From Harriotta raleighana (Eukaryota), in the NCBI GenBank assembly GCA_050575255.1, contig JBNZDD010013714.1, positions 8,687,900-8,751,899 on the forward strand: a DNA stretch of 64,000 nt, written 5' to 3'. The notes beneath the pieces were generated by a model. The model had not been told where the DNA came from, did not search any database, and worked only from the letters and a program-made list of their open reading frames with translations. Each line of letters begins with the position of its first letter. Position 1 is the first letter of the stretch. Shown here piece after piece: positions 38,579 through 50,180 of the stretch. The translations under genes and the position numbers were made by a program.

Positions 38579-39464
38579 CAGTAATCCCTTCTTACCCCAC
38601 AATTTGAGCATATGATTCTTAGTACTGCTTATCCAAGCTAAAGCCAGCCATTATTCTCACCCCTCCTGTACTTATTGTTATTGAATAGGACTTTGTGTTA
38701 TAAATTTGTTCATTTAATGTGTGCTCTGCTTAACATCAAAGATACGCTCACTGAACGTCAGTTCCCAGAAAGACAATTACAGTACAGAGCACTGTACCAG
38801 ATTGGCAATGGTAGGTAGCCAGTCACATACCTGATAACCTTTACCATAAGATTAGGATAACAATTCTACATCCTTTTCAGCTATATCAATTATAGATTTC
38901 AAAGAAGCACCCTTTCTTGCAGTACAAAGTTTCCAGAAACCAAGCTAAACTAGGCTAATTAGTCTATTTGAAATGTCACATTTTTGGTCATGAAGATGGC
39001 ATTCAAATGATTAATGTACAATTCCTCATGCCCACTTTCCGGGGAACTGGCAAAGAATGTGTTGAAATCTTCTTTTTTATCAGTAATTACATCAGTAATT
39101 CGTAATGTGTACAGAACCTGGTGGTGGTGGTGGGGGGGAGGGGAGATAAGTGAATTCACTTCCTAGGATGTTAAATGTTTCTGTTTCCTAACATATACTC
39201 AGATTTTGTGCATTCATTGCAAACCCAACACCCACCCCACCCAAAAAGGATGTGCTATTTCTTTATTTATGCAGATTCAATGGCCGATCATTCACAGCAT
39301 TTCGGTCTTCTTTCCTAATTCTGTGTGTTGCTTTTTATTTTTAATCTTTCCATTCGATATCATTTCATTTTCTCCTGCTGCTTCATCTGCTTCGTTCATT
39401 TCATCCAGGTGTGTGTATTTCTCTGAGGCTTTCTCACACTCGCTCTCCTTTCCTTCATTCGGGG

Positions 39465-39680
39465 AAACCAGAACGACAGGCCAGAAAGTCTCAGGATCAA
39501 TCCCCGGTCTGTGTTAAGTTAGCTGATCACAGCGGGGGCAGTAGTCATTGCAGTGCAATTGTCCCTGGGCTTGGGAGTGTTAGAATCATCCCACACTGTA
39601 ATGATCCTGATTGCTGTCCAGTCACTCCCTACCCTCTTTATTGGAAAGTGCACTTCGGGTGAGAACAGTCCTTAGATTTG
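39465..39680 (+). mobile_element. Old tRNA-derived SINE relic
   Basis: B-box-like CAGGATCAATCCCCGG, then TCTGTGTTAAGTTAGCTGATC...CCTGATTGCTGTCCAGT...GGGTGAGAACAG. Related copies at 3415 and 42190. Confidence 0.55.
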
Positions 39681-42189
39681 CATAATTTCACTGGCAACAT
39701 AATAACAAGCGAGACTAAAACCCACTGCGATACTGAAAGTGTAATGAGGAAAGTTTCAGCTGATGTCACATACGTTTTATTTCCAAATTAAATCCTAAAC
39801 TATCCGCAAGCAAGTTTTCGAAAACCAAACGCTTCAAAAAAAAATTTTGCTTACTAAAGACAGTTTTGAGACTAAGATTCTCGAGTATTTCAGTCCCAGA
39901 AATATAATCCTTCAAATTGACTGTAATCCAGTCAGACCTGGGCCACCTAATGTCTCCTTCATCTAAAATGACAGGACATTTACAGCAAACTCAGTTGACA
40001 ACACATCACTGCCACATAGCTACCACGCTGATTGTCCTTGAAAGCTGACCCTTGCAGCTAGTTGGGCCCAGTGGTTATGCCATCTCTGTCTTACTCCCAA
40101 CTGTATCTGACAGGAGACATGCAGCAATCAAAGGCAAGCCCTGGCACCTGAGACATTCTGTGACATTATACAGGTAAAGCAGGCCAATATGTGGTACCTC
40201 TAGGCCAACAAAGCACGATTAGCACCTCCACCATCAGATTCCACATTAACATACCATTTTGTGTTATCCGCATTGTAGTTATTCAATTAGAACTGATTAC
40301 ATTGTCTACTTGTGTTGCTTTGTTATTTTTAGGGGCCTTCAGCATATCAGCCATATACTGTACTGAGACAGAACATGTCCAAAAAGTTCTTGACAAAGTT
40401 TGATTGACAGGACCACAATTGGTCAGAATAAGATGAAACACACTTGAGCATCATCTGCGAAGCTGACCAAATACACAAACAAATATATAGCACAACATTG
40501 CTCCTTTAGAAATTCACCTTGCTTGCATTTCTTAGAATATGTTTCTCATGTAAATTAAGATTAGTTCTGTATACACATGAACACGCAAAGCACAAGACAA
40601 AGGAATGTTCCTATATGCAGTAGAAATATATTTTTAAATCCAACAAAAGTGAGATTCTACCTCTCACAAGCTAGATTTCCTGTGTCTTTCCTGAATAAGT
40701 TGTGTGTGTTAATTAAAAAAGACATTATGGAAAAAAATTCCATCCAAATCTAGATTTATTCTATTTGTGTAAAATCTGTAGTTTAGCATATCCAGAATTT
40801 GCAAAAATAATGAATTTAGTCACAACATCACAGATGTTTTTCTGTAATTCTTAAAAGAAAAACAGCTTCAAGATTAAGGCTTCATTTCAAAATTATTTAG
40901 TTATTTGTATATTTAAACATTTGTAAAATCCTGGATGCTTTAAAACATCAAGTAGATTTGGAAGTAGATCAAATTTCTGACCTTACAATTCTTGAACTGT
41001 GAACATAATGTCAGTATGCCTCAATATAATTTGCTGAATTTCACAGCATACAATATTTGTGTAAATGTATTGAACAGTACCTGCCGACATGGAACATTTT
41101 CTGATATAAACATTTGCTAGACCAAGTTCCAAACTTGGTTGAATGTTTTACTGAGTGACAGGAAGATGCAAAGGCAACTCCAACAAGTTTTGTTTGGTGT
41201 GGAAACGTTTTGAAGTAAGATAGGCATTTTAGCTCAGGATCCCCAAATAAAATTAGCTACAAATGATTCTGCAAAAACGTTGTGACCCCAAATTTTAGTT
41301 AACAAATGTATAACGTGCTGTATTTCAAAATAATTTGCAGTTATTGATGGTGTAATTAAAACAAAATTATTTTATAAATCAAATTAATACAAATATCACA
41401 AAATCCCACCTTTATGTGTAAATTTGAATTCAATGGGATGCAGAAAATAGTGCACAGCTCAGAATGTCATCATTTGCAACTGGAATACAATAGATAGCTT
41501 AGGAAGAAATCACAACCAGACTTTTGTCCACAGCAATACTTTAACCATTTCTGCACTGAATATCGTCCACAGCGCTGCACAGTTTTGCTGTGCACATAAC
41601 ATTTGCAATGCTGAATTTTCAAACGATTGTTATATTTTTCATTCTGACACTTCAGTTCTCTAAAGATACAGAGCAAGCACTGATACTGAAGAAGGAGAAA
41701 GCCATTTCTTGATTGAGAAACCACTGGTGATTAATGGCACTGGCTGTGTGATTATAATGTGGACAATAAACTTTTACCCTTGTGACTGGGCTAGCAGTCC
41801 AAGTCTCAAGCTGCATTATACAATCTTTTGTATTGAACGACTTTTGTATCAAGCAGATTTTGTGGCACAATTTTGGCTCATGTCTTCAGAGGTGTAATGA
41901 CTGCAGGATCCAAGAATTTGAATACTTGGAATATCTAATATTGATAATAAGTGAATATAGCATGCAAAAATATCACCTGACCTTTCAAGAATACACATAA
42001 AGCATATCCCACACACTCAGCGTTTTTAAATATTCATCAAACACAGCAGTAAGTGGTCATTATTTCAATTGGGGCATTTGCATTATGGTAGAATACATTC
42101 ATCTCTTAAAAGAGGATAAAATCCTGGACAGCGAATATTGGCAGGTTATTTTAACTTGGGGAGGTGGAACTACCGTCCAGGCCTCTAAT

Positions 42190-42385
42190 ATCCCTCAACA
42201 CATCCATGTAATGGCAGTGGATAGTGTCAGGAGCAGAGCTAACATCTTACCCCCTCATTTCTTCTCTATAACATTCACACTGGAGCGCAGCTGAAATTAC
42301 GTTGGAGATAATTAAATCCTTCCAGGTCTCGACAGCTTACTTTCACACCAAGTAGTGGCTTTACCCGACTGAGTCATTAGGGAGT
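42190..42385 (-). mobile_element. Old tRNA-derived SINE relic (family of 39465)
   Basis: Minus strand ACTCAGTCGGGTAAA head, GACCTGGAAGG, and CTGCTCCTGACACTATCCACTG. Confidence 0.45.
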
Positions 42386-42779
42386 CCTCTAAAATGAGTT
42401 TTATACATCGGTTCTATATTCTGGATCCAAATTATGTTCAGAACAAAACAAGGTCATTTACTCCATGCAGCCTGTTCCTTCCACAGGGTTTGGAAAACCT
42501 ACTCTCAAATTGATTTCAACACACACTCTATCTCCTGCAGGAATGATCTCCGAAGAGACTCTCTGATGCTCAAAGGTAGTCGAGCAGAAAATTCAGAATA
42601 TTCATCCAAACTACACCAAAGAATTTGAGTAGATTTATGATGATGTTTCTAAATGCCTTATGCCTACTCTTTTCAGACTTTGTGCTCTTTGAATAAGTAT
42701 TGATATTTGATGTTCCACTGTTACTATGAGGCGAACTGGTATAAAATTAGTTTCACCTGCTGACATCTAAATGCCTCAC

Positions 42780-42930
42780 CACCACCAACAACAACAACTT
42801 GCAACTGTGTTGAGCTTTGCAGAATGAGAATACTGTAAATAGAAATGAAGTAAATGCTGTTATCTAACTAAACATGGCAGCTATTTGCCCAGCAACATCC
42901 TACAAACAACAATTGGCTGATTAAATAGCC
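42780..42930 (-). mobile_element. Decayed SINE 3' relic with (AAC)n tail
   Basis: CAACAACAACAACTTGCA...GGCAGCTATTTG..CAGCAACATCCTACAAACA. Confidence 0.5.
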
Positions 42931-45900
42931 AATTATTTTGGAATTGGGTTGAATTTAAATGAGGAAGGATCACTGGAAGATCCTTCCTATTTAAGGGAGG
43001 AAAAATCCCACGTTTCTTTGAACAGTATCAAGGTGTGAAGGGGAATGGAAAAGAATCAATGAAAGTATCAGGACCTAAGTTAATGTTGAAATCCCCAAAA
43101 GATTAAGATCTGCAAATAAATATATTAAAATCTAAACAAAAGCATCTGTCACACGGGCCACCACTTAGTTGTCACCAAATTAAGTTTTGCAAACGTGCAG
43201 GTAAGAGCTTAACTTACAGTGATGTTTAATGGCATGACCCATTGTGAGGATATTCACAATTTTCCAACAAACGTCATTCCTAGCACTGTGTGCTTTGTAT
43301 GTTGATGCCATTGACATCCACCATTGATGGAAATAAATCTGGTCAATGATCAGAGCACCGGTGTGAAGATAGCCACTGCTCTCTTCAAATAATAATAAAG
43401 GCTAGTGGGAATAAACATTTATTAACAAGTCAAGATTTTTTTTTAGTCTCTGCTTCTTTGTCAGAAAATAAACTATTTTTTCCACAACTCTGGGGCACTG
43501 TGGGTCTAATTGAAGCACAAATCATGTACAAGGGTAACACTACACATTATGAAAAGGTTGCTGGAGAGAGTGTGTCCACCAATTTGGCGATTCCACTGTA
43601 ATATCAAGTAATAACAACACAATATGCATTTCACATCTATGCTGTGTGATTTCTAACAGCATCTAAAAAAGATTCTAAGATATAAAAATATTTTCAGTTT
43701 ATTTTTTCTGTGTCCTTCTGTATGGATTTTCTCAGTACATTTTCCTTCTGGAAACTTCTTTAAGAAATACTGACAGAGATTCTACAGTAAACATTTCATA
43801 CAGTTATTTAAACCCACTATCACGTTATATTATTACACTCTTGCAAATGGCACAACAGCTATTTAACTTCATTTATGCTACGATTTTTCAATACCATAAG
43901 TTTAAAAAATATTGAGAAAAGAGAATATAGCTGGAATATTTTAGTACTCATTTTCAATTAAATTAAATATTTCTGGTATATAAGAAAAGCAATGGTACTT
44001 ACTGTGGAGCAATTTTTTTTTGTTTGTTTGTTTCAACTGCCGAAAGGAAACAAACAAAGAAATTGCTTAGAACTGCAGCAGCCATATTAACAGTTACATT
44101 TCTTTAATTATAATGTACAAAAACCAAGAGATGTGTTCATTTACTATTCTGCACACCATGAAATAAAAGCTTACAGCAATTTTCAACATGTTTTTGGTAC
44201 GCTGTTTTTTAATAAATGAAATGTTATTCGTCTCGGCTGAAAAGCTGGAAGATGCAATTTCATAGCAATAAAGGAAATATTCTGGATTTTTTTTTTGGTC
44301 TCGCCTTCTTCTGACGAGCCCATAGCACTGCAGGTTTGGTCTGGGTGCTATGAACAACAAATGTCAAAACATATGGACCACACCATTTATCACATAATCT
44401 ACTCGTGGAATGGATGGGCACTATCAGCAATCTGGTATTGATCTTCCCAGGCTCCTGCTATTGTTCATCTTAGCATCCAGAGTGACACTGGGCGTTAATG
44501 AAAGAAACAAAATGATGCATACCAATCAGAAGACGCTAGTAAAGTCCGTGTAAAGTCTGACAAACTTATTGGAACTAATTTCACATTCTACATTTTATTG
44601 TACACAGCAATCGTTCCTATTAGAATAGCGTTTCAAACACGCACGGCTGATGAGGAACAGAGAAAAGGCAAGATTTGTTTTTTCTGCTGCTAATTTCTAC
44701 TGATACTCTATTGGATAACCTGTTCAAAAACTGAAGGCGATTCTCATATATTTTGTAAAGGAAGTACTGTATATATATATATAATTGATATAGCACAAGT
44801 GTAATTTATATAACCTTAATAATAATATACATTGGAATGCTGTCAAATAATTTTTGATATGGATGGATTCAATAGAACGCTGCACAATTAAAACACAGCA
44901 ATTTTGTTGAATGCATCCTGTGGTTTGATGGGCACAGTGTGAGCAACATCAAGTACTGTATTTTACTAAACTGGATGATATTTGGTGGAATGTAATTCAT
45001 TCACTTGCACCCATCACTACAATTGCTTTTTTTGCTTGCATAGCTTTTAATACAATTACACATTTGTACGAATGTACGATTATCACACTAAACAAATTGC
45101 ATCGTTTTCTGATTGAGGACCAAAAGAAGGATAGATATATTGTAGATTAGAACTGGCACAGTATATGTAGAGTGGACACAGGGACAGTCTGAAATCTTTT
45201 TATAATACAGCAGTGGGTGGCTCCAGTCTCTCTCCTAGGCACAGTGTAAACCTTTCCTCATTCTCTAGAATGCTGGACATCATTGAGGAGATTTCTCTGT
45301 GGGGTGCTCTGCATTGGGATAGCTTGTGGGATTGTGGCGTGGACTACAGGTACTATCAGACCTGCAGGTCTGATAGGAGTTTGATACGGAAGTTGCTCAC
45401 CAGGTGCTAGAAATGTTATGATGGTAGTCCTTGTGGAACAGCTTCTCGGGCCTATGAACTCTTTATCATATTCTGGATGGGCATTATACTCTGGTCATCA
45501 CTCCAACTACCAGCCCTACAGATCATAAATACCACAAGACTCCATTCTCCCCACCTGGATCTTATCAAATGCAGATTTGGTTGACTGGCCAAGTGGACAC
45601 TACTGCTGCAGGCTTGCACATTCTTAGCAAGGTTTACGTTTGTGTTGCACCTCACTCCTTCATAACAAACTCAAGCCAAACACCTATGGGAATTCATTCA
45701 TTAAAACAGTAGATCCTCAATCTGGATCAGGGCACCATATATCTGTTTTTATAAGATCATGTCACTAGATTCTCTTCTCTCGTGGCAAGATCTCTTTCGA
45801 CTGGTGGTTTTCAATAGATGATAATTCTAACTAACTGCCTGTCAATCCCCTTAGGCATCCAATGCACCATTCTCAAAAACCTAACAATGCCACTGGCTCT

Positions 45901-46467
45901 ACCAGTCAACCTTGGTAACCATTGCTCCTATCTCCTGTACCTCTTTTATTTCCCGCAGTTCCCTACCACTCAGAACTCAGTTCTTCTAATTGTTTATTAA
46001 TTCAGCTAATGCCAATTTAACTATTTTAAGTGGATTTATTTGGAAGGAGTTGACTATTTGGCACAGCAGTAGATCAACAGCTCAGTGGCGTGAATCGCAG
46101 ATGTGCAGTTTGCTTGTTGTTTTGCAGGGGTCTAGTGGGATGCATAGTGTTTTGTTGTGACTAGCATATCCTCACCATTACTAATGTGTGAATCGCTGAT
46201 GACTGAGAATGCGAGTTCTGTGTTTGTATTTGCATTGTTTGGTGGTGCTTTCAGTTCATTAGCAGAATTGCGGGATAGGATACAGGATTGTTTGTGTGCC
46301 GGCATGTGTCTGTGCGAAACGTGCTACTTTAGTGCTGGATGGTTTCAATTGCCTAACATAACCTGGCCTGACTTACTTTTCTGAAGTAACACTGGCAATA
46401 ATGACTTCAAAGCATACAACCAATTTCAATCCTGTTTTGGAAATGTGCCGATGAGAGATCAAGGCAT

Positions 46468-46779
46468 GGAGTCCTGTAGCTCAGGGATCAGAGCGCTCAC
46501 CTTGCAAGCGAGAGACCTGGGTTCAATACCAGGCAGGACGAAACCTTGGGCAAGTTTCCTTACTCCACATGGCTAATAATAATCACTCAAAAAAAATTGG
46601 TCATTTCAATCCACAACTGTCTTTGGGACCCTGCTCTGCATAATTGGCTGCTGAGTTACGCCCAAAAGTATACATACAGTCAATTCACTTTATAGCATAT
46701 TCTGTGAAACGCTTTGAGACGTCTGGAAGTCATGAAAAGCGCATATATCAAATGTAAGGATTATTATTATTATTATTAT
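46468..46779 (+). mobile_element. Full-length tRNA(Ala-like)-derived SINE, best-preserved copy
   Basis: A box TAGCTCAGGGATCAGAG, anticodon-loop-like CTTGCAA, B box GGGTTCAATACC, CCTTGGGCAAGTTTCC, body, and ATATCAAATGTAAGG(ATT)6 tail. More than ten related copies in the window. Confidence 0.92.
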
Positions 46780-47028
46780 GTCATTCTCCAAATGTAATCC
46801 TATCCTTTAAAATGCTAAATCATTTTGCACTTCCAACATACAATCAGCAGGGAATTAACTTCAGAAAGACACAGATTCATTTTTGCCANTTCAAATGTAA
46901 GGATTATTATTATTATTATGTCATTCTCCAAATGTAATCCTATCCTTTAAAATGCTAAATCATTTTGCACTTCCAACATACAATCAGCAGGGAATTAACT
47001 TCAGAAAGACACAGATTCATTTTTGCCA
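46748..47028. other. ~140 bp duplication flanking a single N (46889); probable assembly artefact
   Basis: 46748-46888 is repeated at 46891-47028, differing by one ATT unit. Confidence 0.85.
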
Positions 47029-47194
47029 TTTTGGTTTTAATTTATAGTTTGCTCATTAGCTTATATTGTCTCACAGACAAGTGATCTGTACAGTCCCTTG
47101 ATGGTGGAGAACTGCTTTGTTGGGTTGGGTGTATTTCATCCCTAGCAAACATGCAGTCTGTATTCAGCTGAATTTTGGTGCTCAACTGACAATA

Positions 47195-48201
47195 CACTTA
47201 ACCCTCGTCAATCGCAGGGGTTATGTTCCTGGAAAACTGCGCACTCAACAACATCGCACTGGAGAAGTTTAAGAAGTAATGGGAAAAGGGGGGTTAGGGG
47301 AATCCAATCGCAGGCTACCCACTTCAAGCCTCCAAGCATATCCGATGCAAGGTACCTACTGGCGCGCTCCTCACTCCGCCCGCCACTCCACGCTATTGTT
47401 GCTCCCTGCCCCCCACTCTTCCTGCTCTCGGCTCTCCTACTACCCAGGAAGTAGACAGATCAGGGCAGCCCGGGAGGGAGGCAGAGAGAAATTGGGGAGA
47501 ACGGCAGGCGGGGGGAGGGAACAGAGAGCTGCTCGGAGGCGGGATGGACTTGGGGAGGTGGGTAGCATCGAGCCACTTGGAGGCGGGGGGGACTGGGAGA
47601 AGTGGAGGGCAGCGAACCGCTCAGGGGCGGGGTGTGGCGGACTCACAGAGGTGGGGGGCAGAGAACCGCTTGGGGGCGCGCGAGGGGCAGAGTGCTACAG
47701 GCAGTCAGGACGGGAGACACAGAAAGGTTACAGCGGCTATGCTATCACTTTATTGCTATAATAAAGTGATAACAAAGCAGTAAAGCAATTTTTAAAAAAG
47801 CAATAAAACAACAGGGTAGATTAGCCTACATTACTGTACGATCCTATCTCTCTGTCTCTTCTGTTTACTATGCAATTCAATAAAATTCTCAGAGGCCGAA
47901 GCATTATTGTATTTACCCAGGAATGCATTGTGCCCGGTAGCTAGCCAGCCGAGGAATCATCGGCTTTAGTTGGGATCTGCCGGCCTCGTCAAAAATGCGC
48001 ACGCGTGTGGGACCAGCCAGCCGAGGAATCATCGGATTTAGTCAGGAGCTATCGGCGTCTTCACCCTTGTGCCTGCGCGCAGGGGCCAGCCAGCGCGTAT
48101 ACACAAGTTTTATGTGTGCTGCACAAAAAAGTGATGCTTTTGTTTTGTCGCGTATACTTGAATTCGCAATCAATAAAGTCGCCTTCAACGAGGGTTAACT
48201 G
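47195..48201. mobile_element. ~1.0 kb non-autonomous Tc1/mariner (Tigger/pogo-like) DNA transposon
   Basis: Left end TA|CACTTAACCCTCGTC; right end AACGAGGGTTAACTG|CA (reverse complement CAGTTAACCCTCGTT). Subterminal TCGCAGGGGTTATGTTCCTGGA resembles Tigger/MER2-type ends. GC/CpG-rich interior with no transposase ORF. Confidence 0.8.
47522..47700 (+). repeat. Degenerate G-rich minisatellite (~44-49 bp period) inside the transposon
   Basis: Unit starts CAGAGAGCTGCTCGGAGGCGG (~47522), CATCGAGCCACTTGGAGGCGG (~47566), CAGCGAACCGCTCAGGGGCGG (~47610), CAGAGAACCGCTTGGGGGCG (~47659). Confidence 0.7.
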
Positions 48202-48554
48202 CATAGCCAAGTGCTGACCTGATGTATCAGGTTAGTGGTATGGAAGATGACTACAGAGGTACTGTGTTGTTGAACCTGCTTCTCAGACGTAAGCTTTGTC
48301 CTACTCTAACCACAAAATGACCCGCTGTTTCAGAATATTTAGCAATCCAGATATGATTACCCTGCGTCATTTGTTTTTCTGAATTTCTTTCGAAAATTCT
48401 TTCCACTAACATGTTAATGTTTAATGGCTTCTTAAAAGCAGAATGAAGAAATGAATAATCATAAATCTATCATGTAAATTCCATCATATAATTGCTTCAA
48501 TGATGTAAAAATAGTTGATTAGAAGATCTAAACTGAGAAGGAGATTTCTCCATT

Positions 48555-48573
48555 CCCCCCCCCCCACCCCCCC
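48555..48573. repeat. Poly-C tract
   Basis: C-run interrupted by one A. Confidence 0.85.
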
Positions 48574-50003
48574 ATATCCAAACATACACTTGCAGACTGG
48601 TACCTGAACTCGTTTCAGCATAGTCATAAAGTAAGTCGGTATTTTTTCATCCAAGTAAATTGGTTGTTTCTTTCCAATGAATGTGATTTTACACTAAAAA
48701 TGCAATCAGTTCTAGTTGAGTCCGAGACTGATCAATTTCTGCACTCAAATGTATCAGCCTGAAGGTAGGGAAATTCAAATGTGTAAAATGACACAGAATA
48801 GCAAAGGAAATCAAATACTATCACCTCCTAACAGGAGGTTAAATATTAAAAGTGTAAAAGGTTAAGTAAGGAAGCAATTTTCACTTCACTGATCGATTAG
48901 TAAGGGTAGAACACCTTTGGGATAACATTCCTTAAGAAATCCCATGAATCAGTATTACACAAGTCTATCTTATGATAAACCTCACTGTAACTTCTTTGCT
49001 TGTATTGTAAAGTATGACCGAGCTACAAAGTCGTTTCTAAATGAAAATTGCTCCCAGTTGGGTTTGTTAGATTTATTTGGATGTTTCTGAGGGAGGTTGC
49101 TTGTTCAAATCAGGATATCATGCACAAGTGCAGCTTAAAGTATTTTAGAAGCATAGAAAATGTGAAGGCTTGAAATCTTTTACAGCTTTGTGGATGAGAT
49201 TGGCAATTTGTGCTGAATTTGGGGATTTTTATGCTGTGGTTTCACACTTTTCAGCACCTGGATTTCTTAAACTGGTTTAACTTGCTTGCCTCACAACTAG
49301 CAGGGAGGCCAGACTTTCACCCCATCAGTGACGGCTCGATTGGAAACCTAGGAAACAATTTGTGCTATTCCTTAATGCATTACTTGCCTCAATTAACATA
49401 AGAAACACTTTAAGAAATATTCCCAAATTTTGCCCATTATGCTAAAATGGAACATTTTAAGAGTACACAATTGACCCTTCAATTTTATACCAGCAACTTG
49501 CATATCACTCCAAATAGGGAAAATTTCATCTATTTTGAGCTGAATTATTTGCCCTTTAATTGACAGTAAGGGAAAATGTGAAAGTAGGTTGCTGGAAGTG
49601 CTTTTGTCACACAGAGTGAAACTACTTTGTGAGGCAAGCAGATTTGCAACAGCACAGGTGCCAAACAATATGTAGGATATTGGAAACAAAAGTTCTTGTG
49701 CCACTAACTGTGGGTAATTCTGAGGCAAGATTTCAGACTCCTCCTAACCTATATCAATCGTATGCACACAAAACAGAAGTACAGAAGTAACTACTATATG
49801 CGTTGTCAAATCATGAATATAACTCTTCCAATTAATATATTCATGAAATCTAAATCGATATGGAGTGCAGAACATTGTGTTATTAATATATATTTGTCGC
49901 TTTTTGATTATTCCAATTTATTTCTTTGTGTGCAATTGTCTCTAATTACAAATTACAAGTGAAAAGATGTGGGTTCATACATAATACATATGAAATGGTT
50001 GAT

Positions 50004-50030
50004 GGGGCGGTGGGGGGGAGGGGGGGGCGG
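50004..50030 (+). repeat. G-rich tract, potential G-quadruplex
   Basis: GGGGCGGTGGGGGGGAGGGGGGGGCGG. Confidence 0.7.
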
Positions 50031-50084
50031 TGTTCAACATTTCAACAAGCAACAAAATGGAAAGATGTTCGCATCAACATTTTT

Positions 50085-50180
50085 CATTACATTTTACAGT
50101 AAATCCTGTGATGCGCTTTGAGATATCCTCCCAACCTGAATAGCTTTATATCAAATGTAAAGATGATTATTATTATTATT
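50085..50180 (+). mobile_element. SINE 3' fragment
   Basis: CTGTGATGCGCTTTGAGATATCC...TATATCAAATGTAAAGATG(ATT)5. Confidence 0.8.

Noticed and set aside
46468-46542. tRNA-Ala gene
   Set aside because: The cloverleaf is degenerate and continues directly into a SINE body, so it is a SINE head.
47279-47761. Longest ORF (160 aa) as a gene
   Set aside because: It lies inside the TIR-bounded element and is a G/R-rich translation of a GC-rich minisatellite, with no domain or transposase motif.
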